From a virus: a DNA stretch of 55,897 bases. Position 1 is the stretch's first letter; the number at the start of each line of letters is the position of its first letter. The stretch is from the IMG/VR virus record IMGVR_UViG_3300046520_000074; one strand, written 5' to 3'. The position numbers were made by a program, and so were the translations under genes. This document shows positions 32,697-41,206 of this stretch, in pieces. The notes under the pieces are model-generated. The model was not told the DNA's origin. It saw only the letters and a program-made list of their open reading frames with translations, and did not search any database.

Positions 32697-33545
32697 ATGC
32701 AAACCCAGCCACATATCAATACCCAGGCCAATGTCGCGACACGTTTCGCCGGATCTGAAAACGTGTCGCGAAATTCTTCAGTTATTCCGTTTGACTTCGA
32801 CGGCGCCGCGATCCGGGTCATCACCGACAAGCTCGGCGACCCTTGGTTTATCGCCCGTGATGTCGCTGACGCACTTGGGTACTCCAAGCCGGAGAACGCA
32901 GTGGCCCGTCACTGCAAGGCCGCGACCACTACCCCGAAACAGGGTGGTGGTTTCATGACCATCATCCCGGAGCGTGACCTTTACCGATTGGTGATGAAGT
33001 CCAAGCTGCCCGCCGCTGAAAGGTTCGAAGAATGGGTTGTGGGCCAGGTACTGCCGAGCATTCGCAAGGCCGGAAATTTTTCAATTCAAGGCCCGAACAA
33101 CTCCAAGATTGTCGGCGAGCTCGCCATCCTGGAATGCTTCGATCGCCTACTCAAGCCAGCACCGTCGAGCAAGATGATGATGCTCGCCAAGATCGCCGTC
33201 AACAATGGTCTGGACTCCAAGTTCCTCCCCGGCTACGCAATCGACGCCGCGCCCGATGCGGCCGGCGGCTCCTCGATGCCCACCAAGTCCATCACCGCGC
33301 TGATCAAGGACTTCGACCTGAGAACGTCCGCACCAGCCCTCAACAAACGGTTGGAGGCGCACGGATACCTCAAGGAAATGCAGCGCCGCAACTCCAAGCA
33401 GGAATACGTCGGCTTCTGGTCCGTGACTGAAAAGGGCTTGCAGTACGGCAAGAATCTCACCAGTCCTCAATCCCCCCGCGAGACGCAACCCCACTGGTAC
33501 GTCGATCGCTTCCTCGAACTGGCCAAACTGGTCGGGAAGGCCTGA
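32697..33545 (+). CDS. Bro-N domain antirepressor-like protein
   Basis: IRVITDKLGDPWFIARDVADALGY...ERDLYRLVMKSKLPAAERFEEWV. Confidence 0.8.
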   Translation: MQTQPHINTQANVATRFAGSENVSRNSSVIPFDFDGAAIRVITDKLGDPWFIARDVADALGYSKPENAVARHCKAATTTPKQGGGFMTIIPERDLYRLVMKSKLPAAERFEEWVVGQVLPSIRKAGNFSIQGPNNSKIVGELAILECFDRLLKPAPSSKMMMLAKIAVNNGLDSKFLPGYAIDAAPDAAGGSSMPTKSITALIKDFDLRTSAPALNKRLEAHGYLKEMQRRNSKQEYVGFWSVTEKGLQYGKNLTSPQSPRETQPHWYVDRFLELAKLVGKA

Positions 33546-33546
33546 A

Positions 33547-34518
33547 ATGCAGTACACCGTCACGATAAACCAGGTGAAGGCGCTTGAGTGGGGGCTGAAT
33601 TCTCAGCAGGCCCTGCTGTTCGCTTTCGTCTACGGCTGCCCGAGCTGGACCAAGCCAATCAAGACCGACGACGGGATCTTCTTCGCGCTAAGCAAGGCGA
33701 AGATCATCGAGGAGCTACCGCTGCTCACCGACAAGCCAGATACCGCTTACCGGATGTTGAAGGCCCTGGAAGAGGCTGGCTTGATTGAGCTTTCCAGCAC
33801 TTCGAATATCACGCTGTTCCGCCTGACCGAAAAGGCGATCGAGTGGAATCAAAAGCTTGATGGGTCGGAAAAATATCCGACCCCACCAAAGAATGAAGGT
33901 CGGAAAAAAATCCGATCTACCCCGGAAAAAAATCCGATCAAGGTCGGAGAAAAATCCGGGCAAGGGTCGGAAAAATCTCCGACAAATCAGGATACCAATC
34001 ATCAGGGTACCAATCAGGATACCGGTCAGGACTTGCAAGGCAGCCCGGACAAGCCGGCCCGCAATCTGGTTCTGGTGGTAGATCGCACTGAGGGGCCACG
34101 GGTCGAGATACCCGCCGACATGCCAGGCCCCAAAGACCAATCCTGCAAAACCTTCAAGGTCTGGGCGAACTACGCCATGGCCTACCGCAAGCGCTACAGC
34201 ACTTGGCCCGTGTGGAACGCAAAGGTTGGCGGCCAGCTCGGTCAGCTTGTCGACCGCCTGGGCGCCGATGTCGCCCACCACGTCGCTGCTCACTTTCTGA
34301 AAACCAGCGATGCCGCCGTTCTCCGCAAGTGCCACAGCCTCAACGAGCTGCTGGCCAACGCGGAGAGCTATCACACCCAGTGGGTGACCGGTCAGCGCGT
34401 CAACGGGACGACAGCCCGCCAGATGGAGCGGACCGAGGCGAACCTCTCCGCAGCGGAGCAGGCCGCCCAGATGGTTTTGGCAAAACGCCAAGCAGGTGAC
34501 CGCAATGAGTACCTTTGA
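33547..34518 (+). CDS. Replication initiator (O-like, winged-helix N-terminus)
   Basis: Position after the immunity region, with iterons inside the gene. Confidence 0.7.
   Translation: MQYTVTINQVKALEWGLNSQQALLFAFVYGCPSWTKPIKTDDGIFFALSKAKIIEELPLLTDKPDTAYRMLKALEEAGLIELSSTSNITLFRLTEKAIEWNQKLDGSEKYPTPPKNEGRKKIRSTPEKNPIKVGEKSGQGSEKSPTNQDTNHQGTNQDTGQDLQGSPDKPARNLVLVVDRTEGPRVEIPADMPGPKDQSCKTFKVWANYAMAYRKRYSTWPVWNAKVGGQLGQLVDRLGADVAHHVAAHFLKTSDAAVLRKCHSLNELLANAESYHTQWVTGQRVNGTTARQMERTEANLSAAEQAAQMVLAKRQAGDRNEYL
33864..33983. repeat. Origin iterons (five copies of about 18 bp, GTCGGAAAAA-N-TCCGA type)
   Basis: Copies at 33864, 33899, 33921, 33942 and 33966, followed by atcaggatacc-type repeats up to about 34030. 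Confidence 0.75.
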
Positions 34519-35293
34519 AATGAACGACCAGCAGGTCGCCGGCCTGGCCGCTGCTATCTGCGCCACCGCCGAGGCTATGGGCCAGGAAATGAATCCGGGC
34601 ACCGCGGCGATGATGGCTGAAGACCTCTGTGCGTACCCGGTGCCGGTCGTGAAAGCCGCGTTGAAGGCCTGTCGTTTCGAGGTGAAAGGCAAGCTGGCAA
34701 TGGCTGACATTCTCCAGCGCGTTCAGATTGCCGACGGCCGCCCGGGGAAGGACGAAGCCTGGGCGATTGCCATGACCACAAATGACGAGTTCGAAACCGT
34801 GGTGCTGACCGATGAAATCCAGCTGGCTCTGGCCGCCGCGAAGCCCGTCCTCGACGCGGGCGACAAGGTTGGCGCCCGCATGGCGTTCATCAGCGCTTAC
34901 GAGCGTTTCGTCAGCCAGGCCCGAGAAGACGCCAAGACAGTCAACTGGCACGTCTCCGTGGGCTTTGACGCCAATCGCCGAATCCAGGCCGTTACCAAGG
35001 CCATGGAGCTGAAGCGAATTCCCCAAGAGCACGCTCAGAAGTATCTGGCTGACCTGAGTGTCGTGCCGGTCACTGAGGATGGCCGAGCCATTGCGGGCTT
35101 ACTCACTGGCGCCGTCACCCGGCCAGCTCCGGCTCTGCGCGAAAAGCTGCATCTGGTGAAGTCCTCGATGCTGGAGATGCGTGCCGCCAGCGCTGACAAA
35201 AAAGACGAAATGCGGATTGAGGCTGCCAACGAGTTGGCGGATCGCCGCGCACTGCTGATCAAGCAGGCCCAGGAACTGGAGCAGCGGACATGA
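34505..35293 (+). CDS. Replication-module protein (P-like position; function unconfirmed)
   Basis: ATG 34505 within ORF 34496..35293. It overlaps the initiator stop. Confidence 0.55.
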   Translation: MSTFEMNDQQVAGLAAAICATAEAMGQEMNPGTAAMMAEDLCAYPVPVVKAALKACRFEVKGKLAMADILQRVQIADGRPGKDEAWAIAMTTNDEFETVVLTDEIQLALAAAKPVLDAGDKVGARMAFISAYERFVSQAREDAKTVNWHVSVGFDANRRIQAVTKAMELKRIPQEHAQKYLADLSVVPVTEDGRAIAGLLTGAVTRPAPALREKLHLVKSSMLEMRAASADKKDEMRIEAANELADRRALLIKQAQELEQRT

Positions 35294-35799
35294 CCATCGA
35301 CAAACAAAAGCTCCAGAAGCTGCTGTGGGCTGAGGCTGCGTCATTCCGTGCCGACTGCACAGACTGGAAGCGCAACACCGAGGCGCTGCAAGAGTTCCTG
35401 GGCGAGAAGACGCTTGAGGAGGTGGCGCTGGAGCTGCTGGCGGAGAACGAGCGTTTGCAGTCTGCCGCCAGAACGCTGGGCCAACTTCGCTACACGGACA
35501 ATGGCGGAGAGCTTTGGAAGCCGCCCCTTGGCGAGAAGCCGAATTTTAATTTGGTCGACCAGCTCAAGGCAGAGGTTGATTCGCTTACCCGGGAAGCCGA
35601 CAGGCAATACACGACCATTGAAGCGTATCGCAAGGATGCCGAGCGCTTTCAGTGGCTGCTCAAAAACGCCAGCATCATCTTTGACAAAAAAGCCGGATAT
35701 CAGGCTGAAACTGGATTCATCAAGTTCGACACCATGCCCGGTCGCACGGAAACCGCGTCGGCCATCGACGCCGCCATGGGCAAGGGAGAGCAGCCATGA
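35290..35799 (+). CDS. Hypothetical coiled-coil protein
   Basis: 169-aa ORF, coupled to its neighbours. Confidence 0.55.
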   Translation: MTIDKQKLQKLLWAEAASFRADCTDWKRNTEALQEFLGEKTLEEVALELLAENERLQSAARTLGQLRYTDNGGELWKPPLGEKPNFNLVDQLKAEVDSLTREADRQYTTIEAYRKDAERFQWLLKNASIIFDKKAGYQAETGFIKFDTMPGRTETASAIDAAMGKGEQP

Positions 35800-35987
35800 A
35801 TGCATTCAGCATCCTCAGCGTCATCTTCACAGTTATCGGCCTGATACTGATCGGCCTTTCGCTGCTGGTCAGCGAGGACTTCATCATCGCCGCCCTGGTG
35901 AGCGTGTTTGTAGCCGTCTACCTGGACCACTTGGGGATCGAGAAAGACCTCCGTGATTTCCTGGCTGAGGGGAGGGCCAAGCGATGA
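35796..35987 (+). CDS. Small membrane protein
   Basis: Two hydrophobic segments in 63 aa. Confidence 0.55.
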   Translation: MNAFSILSVIFTVIGLILIGLSLLVSEDFIIAALVSVFVAVYLDHLGIEKDLRDFLAEGRAKR

Positions 35988-36451
35988 GCAATGTCATCCA
36001 CAAACCCCGCCACTACTGGGCGACTGGCTCGAACCGCATTCGCGATGTGTTCCGCCTGGCCTACCTGTTCGCCACTGAGCTTTCCGCCGCCGGCGCCGTG
36101 GAGATCATCGTCCGCCCGGTGAAGTCCCGCCGCACCCTGGAGCAGAACGCCAAGCTGTGGGCGATGTTGGGCGATATCTCCCGCCAGGTCGATTGGCCGG
36201 TCAATGGTGTGATGCAGAAGCTCGACAGCGAGGACTGGAAGGCCCTCATGACCGCGGCGGCCCGCCAGGAGATCCGCATGGCCCAGGGAATCAATGGTGG
36301 GGTTGTGATGCTGGGCGAGAGCACCAAGCGCATGACCGTGGCCGAACTGGGCGACGTAATCGAATGCATGTACGCCTTCGGCGCCGACAAGGGCGTGGTC
36401 TGGAGCGAACCGAAAGGGCAGATGCCTGAGCAGTGGGAGGCGGCAGCATGA
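35984..36451 (+). CDS. ninB: NinB/Orf recombination mediator
   Basis: RTLEQNAKLWAMLGDISRQV motif. Confidence 0.85.
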   Translation: MSNVIHKPRHYWATGSNRIRDVFRLAYLFATELSAAGAVEIIVRPVKSRRTLEQNAKLWAMLGDISRQVDWPVNGVMQKLDSEDWKALMTAAARQEIRMAQGINGGVVMLGESTKRMTVAELGDVIECMYAFGADKGVVWSEPKGQMPEQWEAAA

Positions 36452-36669
36452 CCACTCTCGAAGAAATCAGTCTGTGCCCGAAAGCAAACCGCCGGTTCTG
36501 GTCGGATCGTGCCCGCTCGAGTCTTGCCTTCATGCGCTACAACGGCACCGGTCCTGCTGATCGTCGCCTTGAGCGCGCCGCCTTCCGAAAAAATATGGCT
36601 CACCGTCGGGCGCAGACCTATCTCGACGCGCCGCGCGGGCAACTGGATATGTTCGGGGTGGCCGCATGA
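36448..36669 (+). CDS. Hypothetical nin-region protein
   Basis: ATGA-coupled at both ends. Confidence 0.5.
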   Translation: MTTLEEISLCPKANRRFWSDRARSSLAFMRYNGTGPADRRLERAAFRKNMAHRRAQTYLDAPRGQLDMFGVAA

Positions 36670-37271
36670 GCCTCACAGCAAAGCAGCCCCGCCCGAAAAA
36701 GTGCGCCGTCGCAACGTGCAGAGCCTCATTCGTCCCGAGGGCAAGCTTCCAGTCCTGGTGCTCTCCGGACTGCGGTGTCGCGCTCGCCCGAGCTAAGCAG
36801 GAGAAGACGCGCAAGGAACTGGCCCAGGTCGAGCGCCGGGAGATCAAGGTGCGCAAGGAGAAGCTGAAGAGCAGGGCGGATCACCTCCGCGAAGCTCAGG
36901 CCGCGGTGAACGAGTACGTCCGCCTGCGCGATGCGCATCTGCCTTGCATCAGCTGCGACTCCCGGCCCAACGACAACGACCTGATGACAGGCAGCCGCTG
37001 GGACGCCGGCCATTACCGATCCGTCGGCGCCTGCCCTGAACTGCGCTTCGAGCCACTGAACATTCACCGCCAGTGCGTGAAGTGCAATCGAAACCTGTCC
37101 GGCAACGCGGTCGAGTACCGCATCCGCCTGGTGCTGCGCATCGGCGCCGACAAGGTGGCCTGGCTGGAAGGGGCTCACCCGGCCCGCAAGTACACCGTGG
37201 AAGAAATCAAAGCCATCAAGGCCGACTACCGGGCCAAGACCCGCGAACTGAAAAAAGGGGAAGCTGCATGA
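36666..37271 (+). CDS. ninG: NinG/Rap recombination endonuclease
   Basis: Cys clusters CAVATC...CSPDC and CISC...HYRS...CVKCN. Confidence 0.85.
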   Translation: MSLTAKQPRPKKCAVATCRASFVPRASFQSWCSPDCGVALARAKQEKTRKELAQVERREIKVRKEKLKSRADHLREAQAAVNEYVRLRDAHLPCISCDSRPNDNDLMTGSRWDAGHYRSVGACPELRFEPLNIHRQCVKCNRNLSGNAVEYRIRLVLRIGADKVAWLEGAHPARKYTVEEIKAIKADYRAKTRELKKGEAA

Positions 37272-37954
37272 AGCTGATCAACGCAAGGCAAGTATGGACC
37301 GAGGCTCAGCACGAATCGAACGCTTCGATCAGCGCTGCGGCCATCCAACAGGCAGAGTCGGGAGCGGTGAAGACTGGCGGGCGCATTGGAAAGCGCGACG
37401 CCCAGTTCCCAGCCATGGGCAGCGAGAAGGGCGAGGAGGCCGGTCGCTTCTCCGTGCCCGGGCAGAGGATCAGCATCAGTGAGACGAGGCGCACGCCGGT
37501 AGGTCGATCCACTGCCCGCGCCGCGCACCTGGCCACCATCGGTAAAGTCCTGCGCGCGATCGACACCCTTCCTTTCCAGGAGCAACAGTTCGGGCACTAC
37601 CTGTACCACCCCTGCATGACGCTGACTCACGTGCTCAACGCCGAGAAGCTGATTTGGAACTGCGTGGACTTTTCATCCCTGACCGAAGCCAAGGAGGCAA
37701 AAGTGCATTGCCTAGTGACGATGGCCTTGCAGTCCTACAAGGTCGAGGCGCACGACGGTGCGCAGTGGGGCCCCGCTCGTATCGCTGAAGGCATGCTCAA
37801 GCTCTACGGCGTCCACATCGAGCCGAAGGTATGGGATCGCGACTGGAAAGAAGCGTGGAATTTCCTGCGTGAAGCCATTGAAGAGGTGGATATTCGTATA
37901 CAACAGCCGGTTTGGCAGGTTATTCACTCGGAAAAGGAGGTAGATGCGGCATAA
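37268..37954 (+). CDS. Late-gene regulator candidate (Q position)
   Basis: ATGA overlap with ninG. It is followed by a promoter-like AT-rich segment and a strong terminator. Function is inferred from position only. Confidence 0.4.
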   Translation: MKLINARQVWTEAQHESNASISAAAIQQAESGAVKTGGRIGKRDAQFPAMGSEKGEEAGRFSVPGQRISISETRRTPVGRSTARAAHLATIGKVLRAIDTLPFQEQQFGHYLYHPCMTLTHVLNAEKLIWNCVDFSSLTEAKEAKVHCLVTMALQSYKVEAHDGAQWGPARIAEGMLKLYGVHIEPKVWDRDWKEAWNFLREAIEEVDIRIQQPVWQVIHSEKEVDAA

Positions 37955-38032
37955 AGCTATTGCTATGTTGGGATTTTTGAGTTACTTTTCCCATAGTGCA
38001 CAAGTAACGCGAAACGCACACGAAACCCTGAA

Positions 38033-38056
38033 CCCGGCCACTGCGCCGGGTTTTTT
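38033..38056 (+). terminator. tR'-like rho-independent terminator
   Basis: cccggc-cactgc-gccggg followed by tttttt. Confidence 0.8.
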
Positions 38057-38068
38057 GCATCCAGGATT

Positions 38069-38144
38069 TGCGTGGTAGAGCAGTGGTCAGCTCGTCGGGC
38101 TCATATCCCGAAGGTCGATGGTTCGAATCCATCCCTCGCAACCA
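38069..38144 (+). tRNA. tRNA with anticodon CAT (elongator Met or Ile2)
   Basis: Hand-folded cloverleaf: D-arm gagc/gctc, anticodon arm tcggg-ctCATat-cccga, T-arm gatgg-ttcgaat-ccatc, CCA end. There is one T:T mismatch in the acceptor stem. Confidence 0.7.
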
Positions 38145-38149
38145 GATTT

Positions 38150-38225
38150 GCCGTTATAGCTCCAGCGGTAGAGCAATCGCTTTGTAAGCGAATGGCCCGG
38201 GGTTCGAATCCTCGTGACGGCACCA
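38150..38225 (+). tRNA. tRNA-Thr (anticodon TGT)
   Basis: Acceptor gccgtta/tgacggc, D-arm gctc/gagc, anticodon loop ttTGTaa, T-arm cgggg-ttcgaat-cctcg, CCA end. Confidence 0.7.
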
Positions 38226-38228
38226 CAT

Positions 38229-38287
38229 TGGCATGTAGCTCAGCGGTAGAGCAGGCGACGGAGGTTCGATCCCTCCCGTGCCAGCCA
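38229..38287 (+). ncRNA. Truncated tRNA-like element lacking the anticodon arm (59 nt)
   Basis: Acceptor tggcatg/cgtgcca, D-arm gctc-agcggta-gagc, then aggcgac directly joined to T-arm ggagg-ttcgatc-cctcc, then gCCA. Confidence 0.6.
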
Positions 38288-38521
38288 GCAACACCTGTAG
38301 CCAGGACAGCCTTCGGGAATCCCTGGACGCGGTATAGCCGGAAGTCACGCGTCACGAAAGAACACCGGCAGCCCGCGCACCCTGTTCACACCTGACTTCC
38401 AGGGTGGCGCGAGACTTGAGCGGCGAGATCGATGCACTGGGGCGTCGACGTTGCAAAGGCCTTCGGCAGACAGCGGGAAAGACTGCGCACCTATTCAGGG
38501 CCTCAGCTACTGCTGAAGCTG

Positions 38522-38923
38522 TTACCGCCCCAGCTTTTCCATGGCTGCATCAGCCAGGAAAGACGACCGGCTTTTGATGTTGTGATCGCGAACAAAGCGG
38601 TCGATCTGCTGGATCACATAGCCAGGCAGTGTGACGTTGACCTTCTCGGTTTTGCCGAGGTAGGGCGTGATGTCGATTTCCAGCATGCCCCATCCCATAT
38701 CATCGAACTCTGGATTGTTCCGGTGGTTGTTGATAGAGGTTGGGAGCGGGATGCCTTTCTCAGAGCTCGCCAGCTCTTCCAGCATGATGTGCGCGATTTC
38801 GATGGCAGCGCTGTACGCCTCCTCGAATGTGTCGCCGGCTGTAATTGCCCCGGGAATGTCAGGAATCTGGATGCCGGTAGCGGTTCTCTCGTCGCCCCAC
38901 TCGATGCAGATTGGATATTGCAT
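38522..38923 (-). CDS. hicB: HicB antitoxin
   Basis: MQYPICIEWGDE...IPDIPGAITAGDTFEEA (HicB fold) plus a C-terminal RHH-like SRSSFLADAAMEKL. Confidence 0.85.
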   Translation of the reverse strand: MQYPICIEWGDERTATGIQIPDIPGAITAGDTFEEAYSAAIEIAHIMLEELASSEKGIPLPTSINNHRNNPEFDDMGWGMLEIDITPYLGKTEKVNVTLPGYVIQQIDRFVRDHNIKSRSSFLADAAMEKLGR

Positions 38924-38960
38924 ATGTATCTCCTCAGGAGGTGCAAAGGGTGAAGCCGGG

Positions 38961-39149
38961 TTAGATCAACCCGGCTAGTTTCTTGATGGCCCTTACGGTT
39001 CCGATTGGTAGGTCTTTCTTCGGGTGTGGCACTGGAACCGTTTGGGGTCTGTTTGGATGCTTGAACATGTGGTGGCTTCCGGTTACTCGATCTAGAACCC
39101 ATCCAGCGGTTTCAAGCTCCTTTATCAACTGCCTGCTTTGCACCTCCAT
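38961..39149 (-). CDS. hicA: HicA mRNA-interferase toxin
   Basis: 62 aa. LIKELETAGWVLDRVTGSHHMFKHP. Confidence 0.85.
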   Translation of the reverse strand: MEVQSRQLIKELETAGWVLDRVTGSHHMFKHPNRPQTVPVPHPKKDLPIGTVRAIKKLAGLI

Positions 39150-39178
39150 CTCCTTGTTTAGTTGATGAGAAAATTATA

Positions 39179-39222
39179 ACTCTAGGCGCATAACTGTGCA
39201 ACAGTAATTGTGCGCCTAGAGT
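39179..39222. promoter_or_regulatory. Nested palindrome upstream of hicA (candidate operator)
   Basis: actctaggcgca (39179-39190) and tgcgcctagagt (39211-39222) form a perfect 12-bp inverted repeat. An inner palindrome actgtgcaacagt lies between them. Confidence 0.5.
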
Positions 39223-39254
39223 CACCTTTTAGTCATGCCCACGGAGTCGAGCGC

Positions 39255-39584
39255 ATGGAGTTTTTACAGCGCCTGTTCGATAAGCTCGACTGGGCTTTTG
39301 CCGGACTGCTCGGCGCAATCGCCGCCAGTTTCTGGCACCGCGATGACCTGGTAGACCGAAAGGCCTGGGCCATCTTCATTTTCTCGGGTGCTGTCTGTGC
39401 CCATTACCTGACGGGCCTGATCAGTTCCTATTTCGGAGTGGTCGAGCCGCGCAGCGTGGCCGGTGTGGGCTTCCTCCTGGGGACCTTTGGCGGATCGCTT
39501 ATCGCCGCCATTACCCGGGCCATCAAAGCCGCTGACCTCTGGGCCTTCATCCGCCAGCGGTTCGGGGGAGGCAATCCACCATGA
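39255..39584 (+). CDS. Membrane protein, holin candidate
   Basis: Three hydrophobic segments and a charged C-terminus. ATG 39255 within ORF 39210..39584. Confidence 0.55.
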   Translation: MEFLQRLFDKLDWAFAGLLGAIAASFWHRDDLVDRKAWAIFIFSGAVCAHYLTGLISSYFGVVEPRSVAGVGFLLGTFGGSLIAAITRAIKAADLWAFIRQRFGGGNPP

Positions 39585-39901
39585 ATCTTGAACTGATCAA
39601 CTCCATCGCCTGCGGCATGATCGCCTTGTGGGCGTTCTGGTGTGTGGTGAGCGGGAAGGTGAGGGACGGTATCCTCGGGAAGCTGATCTACTCAACGATC
39701 GCCATCAGCGCGTACGTGGTCACCACCCGGCATGACAGCTTCCTGTTCGGCCCGACCACGGCCGGTCTGACCCTGCATATCTCCCTGGCCCTCGCCGGCA
39801 TCCGTCATCTGTTCATGGTCACTTACTGGCAGCGGGTCAAGGCCTGGATCTGCCGCCACCTGAACTGCGAGCACTGCATGGGCTGCGAGAAGAAGCGGTA
39901 G
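39581..39901 (+). CDS. Membrane protein, second holin/antiholin candidate
   Basis: Three hydrophobic segments. C-terminal Cys/His/Lys-rich tail. Confidence 0.5.
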   Translation: MNLELINSIACGMIALWAFWCVVSGKVRDGILGKLIYSTIAISAYVVTTRHDSFLFGPTTAGLTLHISLALAGIRHLFMVTYWQRVKAWICRHLNCEHCMGCEKKR

Positions 39902-39958
39902 AGCGCGACACGTTTCGCGCATCAGCAAATTGTGTCGCGACACTTGAGAGGAGTCCTT

Positions 39959-40084
39959 ATGGGTCAGTTGCCAGATATGACCGGCGCTTTCATCATGCTT
40001 GGTGTCCTGTGCGCCGTCGGAGGTTGGGCTGTGATCGAGGGCTTGATCTGGATCGCCTCACACTTCCGGGTGGTGCTGGCATGA
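39959..40084 (+). CDS. Small membrane peptide (41 aa)
   Basis: gagaggag RBS. AFIMLGVLCAVGGWAVIEGLIWIA. The stop overlaps the next start. Below the ORF-track cut-off. Confidence 0.5.
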   Translation: MGQLPDMTGAFIMLGVLCAVGGWAVIEGLIWIASHFRVVLA

Positions 40085-40269
40085 CCAACGTAACCCGCCT
40101 TCGCCACGCTCTCCCGATGAGCCAGGACATCAACAAGTCGCTGACCGAGCTGGATAGTGCCATCGCCAAAGCGGTGGACGCTGCCCGGGCCGCCGGTCTT
40201 CCCCAGGGCCTGATCGTCGCCGAGCTCCACGGGCATGCCCACGCTCAAACCCACATCATGGTGACCTGA
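40081..40269 (+). CDS. Hypothetical protein
   Basis: Internal ATG of ORF 40009..40269, ATGA-coupled. Confidence 0.5.
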   Translation: MTNVTRLRHALPMSQDINKSLTELDSAIAKAVDAARAAGLPQGLIVAELHGHAHAQTHIMVT

Positions 40270-40449
40270 ATGACGGCCATAGGTTGTGTCGCCTCTGTTC
40301 TCGCGGCGACAGTGAGGTTATCGAGGCTGTCCAATCCGAAAGCCCCGGTGCTTGGCCTCTTGGATGCCTGGGCCAGGCTCTACCCAAGGAAGCGTCTCGC
40401 GCTAAAGACCATTGAACTGATTGTGCATGACCGACCGGGGCGGAGCTGA
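40270..40449 (+). CDS. Hypothetical protein (59 aa)
   Basis: The ATG directly follows the upstream stop. Its own stop overlaps ATG 40449. Just below the ORF-track cut-off. Confidence 0.45.
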   Translation: MTAIGCVASVLAATVRLSRLSNPKAPVLGLLDAWARLYPRKRLALKTIELIVHDRPGRS

Positions 40450-40904
40450 TGACCACCATTGCCTACAAAGACGGCGTGATCGCCTATGACGGTCGCCAGA
40501 CCCGAAGCGGCGCCATCGTTTCTGACGATTGCTCGAAGTGCCAGGTTGTCGACGGGGTCAGCTTCCTTCTGTCGGGCACCGTGTGCGATGAGAAGCCGTT
40601 GATCGCGGACTACTTCGGGACGCCTTCCCCAGTCCCCGTGGAGTGTTCGGGTTACGTCGTCGATGGCGGCAAGCTGATGATGGTCGGCCATGACGACGAG
40701 ACAGGCATCTGGAAGCAGGATCTCGATCCGGCCAACCCTGACGCGATTGGCAGTGGTGCCCCATATGCCCTGGCTGCAATGGATATGGGCGCAAGCGCAG
40801 AAGATGCAGTGCGTGCAGCCATGAAGCGTGACATCTACACCGGCGGCACGATCCGCACATTGGTCGTCGACCATGGTAAGGCGGAGGAGATGTGCCGCAG
40901 GTAA
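40449..40904 (+). CDS. HslV/proteasome-beta-like Ntn peptidase
   Basis: MTTIAYKDGVIAYDG (Thr right after Met), ...DAIGSGAPYALAA...DIYTGG parallels HslV MTTIV...IAIGSGGPYA...D.YT. Confidence 0.7.
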   Translation: MTTIAYKDGVIAYDGRQTRSGAIVSDDCSKCQVVDGVSFLLSGTVCDEKPLIADYFGTPSPVPVECSGYVVDGGKLMMVGHDDETGIWKQDLDPANPDAIGSGAPYALAAMDMGASAEDAVRAAMKRDIYTGGTIRTLVVDHGKAEEMCRR

Positions 40905-40920
40905 GTACGGCACGGATGGA

Positions 40921-41130
40921 TCACTTAACTTTAAGTGCTTCTTGGATCTGATCGGCGTACCTGCTCAAGCTGCTCATTTCAGCCTCAAGAGCGGCCCCGT
41001 TACTGGGAGAGTTAGCGACCTTGGACTGGATAAGTGTGAGCGCTGCTGTTACTGCGGCCTCACGCTTTGCCTCCGACGTGCCATCGCTCATACCGGAATG
41101 CCTGCGCAGATTTTTGAAGTTTTCGGACAT
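40921..41130 (-). CDS. Hypothetical protein on the opposite strand
   Basis: 69-aa ORF between the peptidase gene and terS. Confidence 0.45.
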   Translation of the reverse strand: MSENFKNLRRHSGMSDGTSEAKREAAVTAALTLIQSKVANSPSNGAALEAEMSSLSRYADQIQEALKVK

Positions 41131-41206
41131 GTTGCGTTCCTTGCTGTTGAGTTGATCTTCATCAATACCGGCAGCCCCCCACTATTTCAAGCACTAGAGG
41201 ATTCCA

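Noticed and set aside
33864-34030. Short spaced repeats examined as a possible mini-CRISPR array
   Set aside because: The repeats are about 18 bp and partly palindromic with variable short spacing. They sit inside the replication initiator ORF, so they are iterons.
38072-38395. ORFs on both strands across 38072-38395 (107, 84 and 64 aa)
   Set aside because: They overlap the two tRNAs and the tRNA-like element, and they have no coding signature.
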